This document shows, piece after piece, positions 37,810 through 48,674 of a stretch of DNA of 64,000 bases. The position numbers and the translations under genes were made by a program. The notes below the pieces were generated by a model that saw only the letters and a program-made list of their open reading frames with translations, ran no database searches and was not told the origin of the DNA. The stretch comes from Candidatus Latescibacterota bacterium (GTDB lineage: Bacteria > Latescibacterota > UBA2968 > GCA-2709665): assembly GCA_965226795.1 (NCBI GenBank), contig CBDDDZ010000004.1:416001-480000 (forward strand), written 5' to 3'. The first letter of the stretch is position 1, and the number at the start of each line of letters is the position of its first letter.

Positions 37810-39825
37810 ATGAAACGGACGATTCGCAGGACAGCGTTGTTGAATCTGGAGAAGGTGAGTTATTCGCGCGACCACGTGGCGCGGGTCAGCCGAGAGGGAT
37901 TTACGGATATCGGCGTTGCGCTGAAAACAGGCGAAAGGAAATTCACCGGCCAGGGATTCGACTGGAAACAGGTGTGTCAATTTGGCGGGTGGGCATATGA
38001 ATTCGGCCTGGGGATGACCGTTTTTACCGGGTATATGAAGTACCGGGAGCCGCTTCTGCGGGACCATCCGGAACGGGCTATGGTGTGCGTCGGCGGCTCG
38101 GGGACCTCCCTCGACAGCGACAACCTCGTGCGAACGAAGTGGCTGTGCCCGTTTCGGCCGGAGAACAAGGCAGAATACCTCGATCTCTTGAGCAAAGTGA
38201 TCGGGCTGCCGGCACTGCGGGAGATCCACCTCAACGATGAGGCCGCCATCGGATTCGCGAACGGCGACATCGGTTGCTACTGCGACTATTGCGTTTCCGA
38301 ATACCAACGGGAATACGGGACACCGCCCCCTGCCGACTTCGACTGGGAGTCGGAGGCGTGGTGGGCCTGGATACAGCGCAGAATGGCGCGGTGGACCGAG
38401 GTCCATGCCTGGTTCCGTGCCCAAATCAAAAAAGAGCGCCCCGACGTCATGGTCGGCATTCAATATTCCCCGGTGGTCGTGTCTTTTAACGAGAATATCT
38501 GGCGGGCGGGGATCGATCTCTCGCAGGACGCCCTGGCTCAGGACGTGCTCTGTACGGATCCCTATCACCACAACCACACGTCGCATTTCACCTACCGGCC
38601 CGCGCGCCGGATCCTGACCGAGGCGACCCGGACGCTCGCCGGCGCCACGGTCGGGCGTTCGTTGAATATTTACCCGCAGGCATTCAGACCGCCCCTGGGC
38701 GGCCCGGAGTTGACCCGCCGCGACGGCTTCATGGCCGGCGCGGTTCCCTACGCGCTCGGCGCGGACAACATTACGCCGTATTCCAATGATCTGGCGCGTA
38801 TCATACCCGGTTTTCTGGACGGGTTCCACGAGGCGGGGAGGCTCATTCCCTATTTCGAGAAGACAAGACCCTATGCGTATGCCACTGTAATCAACCCCAC
38901 TCAGACGGAGGTATACGGGAATCCGGAAACCGGTTGGGGCCGGAAGGCGCTGGCGATCTGGCCCGACGTCATGAACCAGGTGGGGCTGCCGTGGCGCTGG
39001 TTTTTCGACGGTCGCCTCGCGGATGCCGGGGAGGCGCTGCAAGGGCCGTCGATCCTGCCGGATACCCACTGTCTGACAGGCGAGCAAAGGGCGGTACTGA
39101 AGGCGCATGTCGAATCTGGCAGGGGTTTGCTATGGGTGGGACGGACCCCGAACCGCGATTGGCCTGGATATGGGCCGTGTCCTCCGCCGGAAGGGGAAAC
39201 CACCGACGGCGCGGAGATGCGGCCCGTGCGAACGGACCATCCTTTTCTGGAGGGCATTTCGCTTCCCGTAATGCTGCAATCGGTGTTTTCCGAGCCGGCT
39301 ATCGACGGGGAGACGGTCGGCGAAATCGAGGGGAAACCGGCACTGGTCGTGAACGAGGAAAGCGGCGGGCGCCAGGTCTGGCTGGCGGGGGTTCCGGCGT
39401 TCAACTATCTGACGCCGGGAGATCACGGCGGTTTCCGGACGCCCACGCACGGTATACCGCTTCTGCGGAATATCCTGAAATGGCTTGCGAAAGATGAGCC
39501 GGTTGCCCGCCTCTGGCCGTACCCGCCGGAGAACGCCTACCGCGACCTGCGACCGTGGGACCGCCGTGACGTGCCCACGATGGAGTTGTTTCCGATGATC
39601 GGAGACGGCTGCCTGGTCTGTCTGATCTTCAACTACGTGGGCCTGGAGTACCGGACAAATCTGGTGATGCGTGCGCCGGAAGGCGCGGAGATCGCGTCCC
39701 TGGTCGATGTTTACGCGGGTACCGACGAGCTACCCTCTTCTCTGGTCCGCGGCCGGGAGGTCACGCTGCCAATCAGAATGTCGAATGAAACGGAGTTCCT
39801 GGCGGTGGAGATGACGTGGCGATAG
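37810..39825 (+). CDS. GH42-like glycoside hydrolase (paralogue 2)
   Basis: Starts MKRTIRRTA like 9108 and has the same 671 aa length. HLNDE, GCYCDYC and DVLCTDPY. Confidence 0.6.
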   Translation: MKRTIRRTALLNLEKVSYSRDHVARVSREGFTDIGVALKTGERKFTGQGFDWKQVCQFGGWAYEFGLGMTVFTGYMKYREPLLRDHPERAMVCVGGSGTSLDSDNLVRTKWLCPFRPENKAEYLDLLSKVIGLPALREIHLNDEAAIGFANGDIGCYCDYCVSEYQREYGTPPPADFDWESEAWWAWIQRRMARWTEVHAWFRAQIKKERPDVMVGIQYSPVVVSFNENIWRAGIDLSQDALAQDVLCTDPYHHNHTSHFTYRPARRILTEATRTLAGATVGRSLNIYPQAFRPPLGGPELTRRDGFMAGAVPYALGADNITPYSNDLARIIPGFLDGFHEAGRLIPYFEKTRPYAYATVINPTQTEVYGNPETGWGRKALAIWPDVMNQVGLPWRWFFDGRLADAGEALQGPSILPDTHCLTGEQRAVLKAHVESGRGLLWVGRTPNRDWPGYGPCPPPEGETTDGAEMRPVRTDHPFLEGISLPVMLQSVFSEPAIDGETVGEIEGKPALVVNEESGGRQVWLAGVPAFNYLTPGDHGGFRTPTHGIPLLRNILKWLAKDEPVARLWPYPPENAYRDLRPWDRRDVPTMELFPMIGDGCLVCLIFNYVGLEYRTNLVMRAPEGAEIASLVDVYAGTDELPSSLVRGREVTLPIRMSNETEFLAVEMTWR

Positions 39826-39911
39826 CCTCCCTGGTCCGTGCCGCGCAGCGAGAATTGCCGGCGGCGACAAAATGTAATTTGTAGCGTGTTTTTAATCGGG
39901 GACGCGGTTTG

Positions 39912-41015
39912 ATGATCGAGGTCGTTGACAGCGGCATCCTTTCCCGGCAGCCGGGGCGCGGGGCGTACATGCCAGCCATCACCCCGCTGTCTGACGGGAG
40001 CCTGATCGCCTGCCAGCACGTGGGCGCACAGCTGGGTTCCCCTGACAACCATATCGAAGTCCTTCGCTCCACCGACGGGGCCGCGACCTGGGTGAACGAG
40101 GGCGGCATCCACGGTGGCGGACCCCCGGAAGATGGATGGACCTACAGGAGTCCCCATATCAGCGAAGCGCCCGGCAACAGGCTGGTGATGACCGCGACGC
40201 GCTTCGAAATGCGGTCCGGCAAGCTGTTCGATCCGAACTCGGAGGTGCTGCAGCGACCGGAGATGCTGTTGTTCTGGTCGGAAGACGCGGGGCGCACCTG
40301 GTCGGCGCCCCAGGTCGTCCACGTGGACCTGCCTCCCGAGAAATACACGTGTAACGGCGCCGGGGTGCTGCTTCAACTCGCTCCGGACCGGTGGATGTAC
40401 CCCGTGGAGACCTGGAAGCCGGAGGGGTTTGCGGGACCGCCCGATCAGAAGGCGGCGGCGGTGTTTTCGTCGGACCAGGGACGAACGTGGGGGGCGTTTA
40501 CCGTGGTGGCCGACGACCCTTCGGGGGCGTTGCTCTGGTGGGACCAGATGTGTACGTTGCTGCCGGACGGGAGAATCTATACGATGCTCTGGACCCACCG
40601 TTACGGTACCTCCGAGGACCTGCTCAACCACTGGACCGTCTCCGATGACGGCGGGCGCACGTGGTCGAATCCCCGGCCCACCAACCTGCGCGGACAGGTC
40701 TGCACGCCCATCGCGCTGGCCGACGGACGGGTGGCGGCCATCTATAATTTCCGCCACGACCCGCAGGGCATCCGCGTGGCCCTCAGCGACGATTTGGAAA
40801 CATTTGACGTGGAGGGCCAGGTCGTGGTCTTTGACGCGGGGGCGGAGGCAACCCTGGGGGAACCTGAAACGGACAATTTTCTGGCCGAACACATGCAGAT
40901 CGCTTTCGGCAAGCCTGGTGGAATCCGCCTGGCCGACGGGAATCTGATGACGTATTTCTGGTGTACGGTCGGAGGCGTCACGCACACGCGCTGGGCACGG
41001 CTCAGGGTCAATTAG
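39912..41015 (+). CDS. BNR/Asp-box sialidase-fold protein
   Basis: Asp boxes STDGAATW, SEDAGRTW, SSDQGRTW and SDDGGRTW. Confidence 0.8.
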   Translation: MIEVVDSGILSRQPGRGAYMPAITPLSDGSLIACQHVGAQLGSPDNHIEVLRSTDGAATWVNEGGIHGGGPPEDGWTYRSPHISEAPGNRLVMTATRFEMRSGKLFDPNSEVLQRPEMLLFWSEDAGRTWSAPQVVHVDLPPEKYTCNGAGVLLQLAPDRWMYPVETWKPEGFAGPPDQKAAAVFSSDQGRTWGAFTVVADDPSGALLWWDQMCTLLPDGRIYTMLWTHRYGTSEDLLNHWTVSDDGGRTWSNPRPTNLRGQVCTPIALADGRVAAIYNFRHDPQGIRVALSDDLETFDVEGQVVVFDAGAEATLGEPETDNFLAEHMQIAFGKPGGIRLADGNLMTYFWCTVGGVTHTRWARLRVN

Positions 41016-41040
41016 GGGTTTACGCACCTCGGTCTTCGCC

Positions 41041-41094
41041 CACGTTTCGCTACCCTTCGCCGACCCTTCGACAGGCTCAGGGCGCCGGCTCAGG
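41041..41094. repeat. REP-like family B copy
   Basis: CACGTTTCGCTA..CCCTTCGCCGACCCTTCGACAGGCTCAGGG, nearly identical to 28401-28463. Confidence 0.75.
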
Positions 41095-41169
41095 AAGCGG
41101 CTCGGGATCCTGGCAATAATTCCACGCGAAATCCGCGCTTGAGACAACTGAATACGGGAGATTGAGAAT

Positions 41170-42249
41170 ATGAATGGCATCGATCAGGCTGAAACCCGCG
41201 TGGCTGCCGACGTGCTGGAAACATTCGTGCGCGACATGTTCCTGGCTGCCGGCGTGCCCGGCGGGGATGCGGAAACGATTGCCCGAACGATTCTCAGCCA
41301 GGAAATCCGCGGCAATACAACCCACGGGCTCCGGCTTGCCCATTTCAATCTTCGGGGGCTGGACGATGGTACGATCCGCGCCAATCCGGATCAGCCGGTC
41401 CTGAGCGATCGGGGCATGACCGCGGTCATCGAGGGAGACCACGGCGTTGGCATTGTCGGTTGCATGAAGGCGATGCGGCTGGCGATCCGGAAGGCCCGGG
41501 AGGGTGGCATCGGGATCGCTCTGATCGTACGTAACAACCATTTTCTCGCTGCGGTACCGTATTGCCTGGAAGCGGCCAACGCCGGCATGATCGGCATTGC
41601 GTTCTCGAACACCAAGGGTTCCATGGGATATCCGGGCGCCCGCGGCTCGGTCATCGGCAACACGCCAATGGGGTTCGGCATACCCACTGCCGGCGGTTTT
41701 CCGATCCTGTTCGACGCATGCATGACCGCCTCCGGGGGCAGGATGAGGCAGTGGATTCGAGAGGGCAGACGGATTCCGCGGGATATACGGGGGTTCGACC
41801 GGGACGGCAGGCCCACCGACGATCCACAGGCCGTAATCGGCGGTGGTACAACACTGCCCATTGGTGTCCACAAGGGCGCGGGTCTGGCCATTCTCGTGGA
41901 GGTGCTGACGGGCGTGCTGGGCGGCGCCGCTTTTCTGAGTGATATCACGCCCCGCGATCAGGCGGACAGAACGGACAAGACCCACGCGGTCAGCCACTGT
42001 TGCATCGCCATCGCCATTGAGGCGTTCATGCCCGTGGCGGAGTTCGAAGCGCGTATGGCGGACTTCATTGCCGATCTCAAGGACAATCCCCTGGACGGTG
42101 AGTCCGATGAGATCAGGTTGCCCGGCGAACGAATGGAGCGAACCAGGCGGGAATGCGAGATTCACGGAGTCCCCCTGGAACCGGATGTGCAGGACGAACT
42201 GGAGGCGTGGGCAGAACGACTGGGCGTGCGTTTTCCGGATACATTATAG
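41170..42249 (+). CDS. Ldh_2 family (malate/L-lactate/sulfolactate-type) oxidoreductase
   Basis: RGNTTHGL, RNNHF, GNTPMGFG, GVHKGAGLA and RLPGER. Confidence 0.9.
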   Translation: MNGIDQAETRVAADVLETFVRDMFLAAGVPGGDAETIARTILSQEIRGNTTHGLRLAHFNLRGLDDGTIRANPDQPVLSDRGMTAVIEGDHGVGIVGCMKAMRLAIRKAREGGIGIALIVRNNHFLAAVPYCLEAANAGMIGIAFSNTKGSMGYPGARGSVIGNTPMGFGIPTAGGFPILFDACMTASGGRMRQWIREGRRIPRDIRGFDRDGRPTDDPQAVIGGGTTLPIGVHKGAGLAILVEVLTGVLGGAAFLSDITPRDQADRTDKTHAVSHCCIAIAIEAFMPVAEFEARMADFIADLKDNPLDGESDEIRLPGERMERTRRECEIHGVPLEPDVQDELEAWAERLGVRFPDTL

Positions 42250-42276
42250 CACGCAGCCGAGACGATGCTAGGGGAT

Positions 42277-42774
42277 ATGGACGACAGATACCGGATTCGC
42301 GCCGCAACCGGAGACGATCTGGACCGGATTGGGGAAATCATCCGCCAGGCGTGGGAGCCGATTTTCGGACTGCACGAAGAGAAATGGGGCGAGGAACTGT
42401 TCGAAGTGCTCTATGCGAACTGGCCCGAGAACATCAAGGCCAGTGTGGGACGCCATCTGGCGGAACACCCGGACTGGGCGTTCGTCGTGGCGTCGCGCGA
42501 GACCGGCGAGGTGGTGGCGTTCATCACCTACCTGATGGATCGGAAAAGAGGGATTGGAATCGTCGGCCTTAACGCCGTCTCGGCAGGGTTGCAGGGACAG
42601 GGTATCGGGACGAAGATGTACACCTTCGTCATGAATCGATTCCGGGAAGCGGGGCTTAAATACGCCCAGGTGCGAACCGGATTGAACGACGCGCAGACCG
42701 GCGCCCGGAGGGCCTACGAGAAGGCAGGCTTCAACATCGAGCGCAAAGAGATCACGTACTACGCGTATCTGTGA
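42277..42774 (+). CDS. GNAT family N-acetyltransferase
   Basis: AVSAGLQGQGIG and ARRAYEKAGF. Confidence 0.88.
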   Translation: MDDRYRIRAATGDDLDRIGEIIRQAWEPIFGLHEEKWGEELFEVLYANWPENIKASVGRHLAEHPDWAFVVASRETGEVVAFITYLMDRKRGIGIVGLNAVSAGLQGQGIGTKMYTFVMNRFREAGLKYAQVRTGLNDAQTGARRAYEKAGFNIERKEITYYAYL

Positions 42775-42849
42775 TAGGGTAGCGATCAGACTTGCCAGGG
42801 GAACCTCCGGTCATCATTGATTCAGAGCGCTCATAGAAAGGGGGCGGGA

Positions 42850-43917
42850 TTGGAAAAGTACACCTTTCGGGGAGGCCCGGCCGAAGCGGGATGGGCGCAG
42901 GGTGCGCTCAATCCCGAATATGCCCAGCGGGAGTTGGAGCGAAGGTTGAAACCGCCCCAGAACTTCGAGGAGAGCTACTTCCGTGAGAACATGTCCTTCA
43001 TGAGGAGGGAATTCCCGGAACTGGTGGCGCAGATGGAGGCGTACGGCGAGGCTGCGGGGATTGAAGACTTCGATCATACGTATCTGCTGCACGTCTACTT
43101 TACGGCCGCCGACCTGGACGGATGCTCGGCGCTGGGCATAATGCTGAAGGACGACGGTCCGGCAATGGTGAGGACCTACGATACGAGTTCGGTCAGCAGG
43201 GTTGAAGATTTCGTGAAGGATAAAATCCTGATGAGCCTTCCGGACTGCAGGCCGCGCGGGCTGGTCGGCATCGGAGAGCGATTCGGTATTACGGTCGGCA
43301 CGGCGATCAACGACGCCGGTCTGCTGTTGGGCTGCGCGTCGGGCCACCGGAAATTCAATCCGGGTACCAACCCGGAACACGTCAATCTCTATTTCACCAC
43401 TCACCTGCTCGCCCAGTATTGCTCCGACTGCGACGACGTGCGGCACTTCCTCAGTCAGTACCGGATCTCGGGCATCAAGGGGCTCACGGGCGTCGCCGTG
43501 GACGCTGCCGGAGATATGGTGGGATTCGAACTGGAATCGGAGAATATCGCCCTTCGGGAACCTGAAGACGGGATGGTGATCGAGACCAACCACTGGCAGG
43601 ACCCGGACCTTCAGCGCCCGTCCCGCGAGGCCGATCCGGATTGGTGGACGAGCACATCGTATTACAACTCTCAGAACCGGATCCAGTACGCGGCCTGCCA
43701 CCGCGACCAGTTCCAAACGATGCGAACCGTGGATGAACTGGTGGATTTCTCATTCGACGTGCACGCGCCGGGAAGGCTCCTGCAAGCGCCGGAAACCAAT
43801 ATCGGAAACTGGTTCACGACTCACGGGAGCTTTATGACGTCGCGGGACCGGAAGATACGCGTCCACCGGTATCCGCTGGAGAAGGAACAATTCACGGAAA
43901 TGGCGTACGGCGAGTGA
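42850..43917 (+). CDS. C45/Ntn-hydrolase family autoproteolytic acyltransferase/amidase (paralogue 1)
   Basis: GCS nucleophile about 90 aa in, RTYD, AINDAGL and ETNH. Confidence 0.7.
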   Translation: MEKYTFRGGPAEAGWAQGALNPEYAQRELERRLKPPQNFEESYFRENMSFMRREFPELVAQMEAYGEAAGIEDFDHTYLLHVYFTAADLDGCSALGIMLKDDGPAMVRTYDTSSVSRVEDFVKDKILMSLPDCRPRGLVGIGERFGITVGTAINDAGLLLGCASGHRKFNPGTNPEHVNLYFTTHLLAQYCSDCDDVRHFLSQYRISGIKGLTGVAVDAAGDMVGFELESENIALREPEDGMVIETNHWQDPDLQRPSREADPDWWTSTSYYNSQNRIQYAACHRDQFQTMRTVDELVDFSFDVHAPGRLLQAPETNIGNWFTTHGSFMTSRDRKIRVHRYPLEKEQFTEMAYGE

Positions 43918-44035
43918 AACGGATGCAGGCCACCCATAAGAAGCACTCGCCACGTTTGGTTGCGGCCTGCTGGTTCGATTGGCAAACAGACCCGGCTAAC
44001 CGGGAGGAGAAACGAATATGAAGGAGAATACGGAA

Positions 44036-45549
44036 ATGGCGGATAATCCGGACCGGATGAACACGGACCCGGGCAGCGGCAGACGGGTTTCCTGCTCATG
44101 GACGGAGTCGAGTCCGTTTATCACGTGGCTCAGGCCGTGTGTGAGGCCGAAAAGCATCCCCTCAACCCCGTACTTCCGGTGGGCGACTCGCACGAGTGGG
44201 ATTCGACGCACTGCGCGCCATGGTCGTCGCCCTCCGTTATCTACGACGACGAGGACAAACTCTTCAAGGCCTGGTACGCGGGTTCGGACATCGCGCCCTC
44301 GCGATGGTGGGCAACCGGTTACGCGTTCAGCGAGGACGGCGTCAACTGGCACAAACCCGAGCTGGGCTTGTACGAGTACAACGGGAGCAAGAAAAACAAC
44401 ATCGTCATGGACGGGCGAGGGCCGATCATCAAAGACGACACCGAGCCGGACCCGAACAAGCGATTCAAGGGGATCAAGCGCAGCTTCGGCGGACAGGCGG
44501 TCTATGCGCGCAAGGGCGCCCGGGCCAACTACTCGTCCGACGGGATCCACTGGACCGAGGGTCCGAATATCGACCTGCCCGAGTGGTTTCGGGGCCCACC
44601 CGATATCGGCGTACTCGTCCGCGACGACCAGGACCCCGATCCCTCTCGGCGGTACAAGACCGTTTTCCAGGAGATGGTGCCGTTCGACAAGCCGGATATC
44701 AAGTGCCATGCCGATCGGTACCGCGGCCTCGGGCGCGCCAAGATTCTGGCGTACGGGCCGGATATCGAGCACTTTCGACGGGCGGAAGAAAACCCCCTCA
44801 TCTCCCCCGCCGACGGCCTCGAGTACGAGGACCATCACATCATGATGTCGCCGTACGGGGGCGCGTGGATCATCTGCTACGAGTACGGTTGGTACGTGCC
44901 GAGCCGCTACGGCTGCTACGGGATGTACGCGGCCGACATCCGTCTGGCCGTGAGCGGGGACGGACTCAATTTCCACCGTGCGAATCCCCATCAGAAGGTA
45001 ATCAGTCGCGGCGCGCACGGCGAGTGGGACGGGGGGCTGCTCATCATTACGGATAAGCCGGTCGTCAAGGACGGGACCATCTACATGTTCTATGGCGGAT
45101 CGGGCGAAGAATTCACGAGTTGGCCGCCGGAAAACGAGGTCCCCGAATTCATCCATGAAATGGGCAGCGGGAGCGCGCGCATGGCGCGGATGGGCCTGGC
45201 CACGCTCCGCGAGGACGGGTTCACCTGCCTGGAGACGCCGGACCGCGAGACGCCCGGACACGCGACGACCACGCCGCTGGCATTGACCGACCGTTCGACC
45301 ACGCTGACGGTCAACGTCGGAGACGTTCGACAGAACCGAAACTGGGTAGAGGTCGAGGTCATTGACGCTGATTCCGGCGAGCCGATTCCGGGATATGGAT
45401 GCGAGGACTGCGACGACATCTACGTCGACGGACTGCGGCGCCCCGTGGAATGGGGCGGGAAACGTCTTGCCGACATCGGTAGAACCCGGTTCAAACTGCG
45501 ATTCCGGCTGTATGGCGCGGCGCGGCTCTACGGATACAAATTCGTCTGA
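44036..45549 (+). CDS. Beta-propeller glycosidase-like protein (frameshift near 44088-44090; intact ORF 44098-45549)
   Basis: KHPLNPV, YAFSEDGVNWHKPELG, EPDPNKRFK, GLATLREDGF and RLYGYKF. Confidence 0.7.
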
Positions 45550-45578
45550 GGGATACCGCCGACGGTGTAAGGATTCTC

Positions 45579-47408
45579 ATGGATGAGCAACCGAGGTGCG
45601 ACGTTATTGTTGCCAGGGACGTGATGGTCCCCATGCGGGACGGCGTGCGCCTGGCAACGGACATCTACTTCCCCGGGAAGTTCGCGCGCGAACGAACCGG
45701 GACCTTCCCTGCCGTCCTGAACAGGACGCCGTACAATAAGACCGGCGGTGCGAACACGGCGAGTTTTTTCGCGCGTCACGGCTATATGTCCGTCGTACAG
45801 GACTGCCGGGGACGCTATGGTTCCGAAGGCGTGTTCTTTCCGTTCAGAGACGATCCGGAGGACGGATACGACACCATCCAGTGGATTGCCGATCATCCCT
45901 CGTGCAACGGAAAAGTGGGAATGCACGGGTGTTCTTACGATGCATGGGTGCAGTTCCACGCGGCCACCCGGAACCCCCCGGCGCTGGCCACGATGATCCC
46001 GTTTGAAGGACCCATCAACGCCTACCATTACAGCATGCGGGAGGGCGGCGCCCTGCATCTGGGGCTTCTGAACTGGGCGGTCCGGATGTCGACCACGGGC
46101 CACGAGGCGCAGGCGAACCCGGCGATCGCCGAGGCCATACGGCCGATGTCCGCCGACGGACGGCAATTCCTGGAGTGGGCTTCCCGCATACCGTGGAGGC
46201 GCGGTCAGACCCCTCTGGCGATCGTGCCCCAGTACGAAGACGCGGTCTTCCAGCTATATTTCGAGAATAACGACTATACCGAATTCTGGCGGCAGCCGGG
46301 ATTCGCCATGGACGAGTACTTCGATTCGTTTCCCGATATGCCCATCCTCTGGATGGCGGGCTGGTTCGACTGGTATCCCAGGACCATCATCGACGGATTT
46401 CAAAAGATGGTAAGCATGGACCGGAAGCACCAGCACCTGCTCGTGGGTCCCTGGACGCACGGCAACTGCGAACCGTCCTGCGGCGACGTGCACTTCGGGC
46501 CGGAGGGCGGTCTCCATTTCCAACAGGATTTTCTTCAGCTCTACCTTCAGTGGTTCAACCGGTGGCTCAAGGAGGACGACGCGGTAGACGTGGGCAGCGC
46601 CGTGCGGATGTTCCGGATGGGCGGCGGGGACGGCGGCCGCGACCGGGATGGACTCCTGAAGCACGGCGGGAAGTGGTTCAGCGTGGATGGCTGGCCGCCG
46701 GAGGGCTCGCGTGCGACACCGTACTATCTCCACGAAAACGGGATCCTGTCGGCCGAAGCGCCCTCCTTGGAAGACGCATCCACGACGTACACCTACGACC
46801 CGCGCAACACGGTGTCCAGCAACGGCCGCTGCATCGTCCCCTACGGTCCGATGAAGGAGGGGTGGTTCAAGGGGATGGGACCCCGCGACCAGATTGAAAT
46901 AGAGACCCTTCCCGGCCATGGTATTCCGGGCATGCCCATCGCCTCGCGGCCGGATGTGCTGGTCTTTCAAACCTCGCCATTGAACGCGGATGTTTCTATC
47001 GCGGGGAACATCAGGGGGATCCTCTGGATATCTTCGGACGCGCCGGATACCGATTTCTTTTTGAAGCTTCTCGACGTACATTCGTCCAGCCCTGATTATC
47101 CGAACGGATACGCCTTACCGGTTTCCGAGGGTATCCTGCGGGTGCGATACAGGGACAGCTTCGAACAACCGTGTCCGATGGAACCCGACACCGTGTATCC
47201 CATTGAGATCGACATGCAGCCGTCCGCGAACCTCTTCAAGGCCGGCCATCGCATCCGTCTGGACATCTGCAGCAGCAACTTTCCCAACTACGACATCAAC
47301 CGGAACACGGGCGATCCGGACGACAGAAACTGGCGCATCGCGCGGAACACGGTCTATCACGAGGCCGGGCGCGGTTCGTACGTTCAACTGCCCATCTGGA
47401 CGGCGTGA
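45579..47408 (+). CDS. CocE/NonD family hydrolase (S15)
   Basis: VPMRDGVRLATDIY, RTPY, GCSYD, GPWTHG and GHRIRLDICSSNFP. Confidence 0.92.
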   Translation: MDEQPRCDVIVARDVMVPMRDGVRLATDIYFPGKFARERTGTFPAVLNRTPYNKTGGANTASFFARHGYMSVVQDCRGRYGSEGVFFPFRDDPEDGYDTIQWIADHPSCNGKVGMHGCSYDAWVQFHAATRNPPALATMIPFEGPINAYHYSMREGGALHLGLLNWAVRMSTTGHEAQANPAIAEAIRPMSADGRQFLEWASRIPWRRGQTPLAIVPQYEDAVFQLYFENNDYTEFWRQPGFAMDEYFDSFPDMPILWMAGWFDWYPRTIIDGFQKMVSMDRKHQHLLVGPWTHGNCEPSCGDVHFGPEGGLHFQQDFLQLYLQWFNRWLKEDDAVDVGSAVRMFRMGGGDGGRDRDGLLKHGGKWFSVDGWPPEGSRATPYYLHENGILSAEAPSLEDASTTYTYDPRNTVSSNGRCIVPYGPMKEGWFKGMGPRDQIEIETLPGHGIPGMPIASRPDVLVFQTSPLNADVSIAGNIRGILWISSDAPDTDFFLKLLDVHSSSPDYPNGYALPVSEGILRVRYRDSFEQPCPMEPDTVYPIEIDMQPSANLFKAGHRIRLDICSSNFPNYDINRNTGDPDDRNWRIARNTVYHEAGRGSYVQLPIWTA

Positions 47409-47520
47409 TGGATCGCCTCGTCCGCCAGGGGAAACCCTGGCAAAAGCCGGGCAAAGGGCAGAAGCCCGGAGACCAGGCGTTTCACGCGGAAATGCCGGAC
47501 GAAAGGACACCGCTCGGCCG

Positions 47521-48597
47521 ATGGAGGATAAATTGGGATCCGAGAGGACAGATTCTACCCCGGAGACTCGTGGAATTGCGGGCAGAAAGCTGCTCTGCCT
47601 GGATATTCCGGAAGAACCCATCGTGGTGTCGGGCTTCGCCTGGCTGGATCGGGAGCGACGGTTCTGCCGGCTGCCGGTCGACGCTTTGCCAGACGTGAGC
47701 GAGGCCGTCCGGAGACTGGCTTGGTGCGCCTCGGGCGGGATGGCTCGTTTCAGGACGGATTCCGGCACGATCGCCATCCGGGTGGAGTTGGCGGAAGTCG
47801 TCGACATGCCGCACATGCCGCGATCCGGAAATTCCGGGTTCGACATTTATGAGGGAGTCGGAACGGAGAAGCGGTTCATAAACGCCGCCAGACCCCCCAT
47901 GAATGAACAGGTATACGAAACGCTCCTGGTCGATGGACCGGACAGCGGCATGCGGGAGTGGACGCTGAATTTTCCGGTTTACAACGGCGTCAACCGGGTT
48001 GTTGTCGGACTGGACCCTTGCGCGAAAATCGACCCTCCCTCGCGATTCACGGTTGAGAAGCCGCTTCTCTTCTACGGATCTTCAATCACGCACGGAGGCT
48101 GCGCGTCCCGGCCGGGGAACACGTACCCCCACGTCCTGGCGCGTTGGCTGGATGCGAACCTGGTCAACTTCGGATTCAGTGGAAGCGCACGGGGGGAACC
48201 GGCCATGGCCCGTCTGGTCGCAACGGTGGACATGAGCGTGTTTGTGATGGATTACGACCACAATGCGCCGACGGCCGAGCATCTGGAGCAGACACACGAG
48301 GCGTTCTTCCGGATTGTGAGGGAGGCCCGTCCCGAGCTTCCCGTTATAATCGTCTCGAGTCCCTCAATCAATGCCAATCCGTCACGCTGGGCGGAGAGGC
48401 GAGAGATCGTTCGAAGGACATATCTGAATGCCGTGAGTCGGGGTGACACCAGGGTCTGGTTTGTGGATGGAGAGACCCTATTCGGCACAACCGATCGGGA
48501 CGGCTGTACCGTCGACGGGGTTCACCCGAACGACCTGGGATTCCTGCGCATGGCCAAAGCGATTCGTCCGCCGGTCGAGGCCGCCTGCCTTGCATAA
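47521..48597 (+). CDS. SGNH/GDSL hydrolase with N-terminal GxDLY domain
   Basis: GFDIY, FYGSSITHG, NFGFSG, DYDHN and DGVHPNDLG. Confidence 0.88.
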   Translation: MEDKLGSERTDSTPETRGIAGRKLLCLDIPEEPIVVSGFAWLDRERRFCRLPVDALPDVSEAVRRLAWCASGGMARFRTDSGTIAIRVELAEVVDMPHMPRSGNSGFDIYEGVGTEKRFINAARPPMNEQVYETLLVDGPDSGMREWTLNFPVYNGVNRVVVGLDPCAKIDPPSRFTVEKPLLFYGSSITHGGCASRPGNTYPHVLARWLDANLVNFGFSGSARGEPAMARLVATVDMSVFVMDYDHNAPTAEHLEQTHEAFFRIVREARPELPVIIVSSPSINANPSRWAERREIVRRTYLNAVSRGDTRVWFVDGETLFGTTDRDGCTVDGVHPNDLGFLRMAKAIRPPVEAACLA

Positions 48598-48674
48598 CGT
48601 ACCGGGCGGACCTGATCTGGAATTGGGAGTCGGAAATCAGGAAGAAAAAAGATCCACGACACAAGGAGGCTTAT

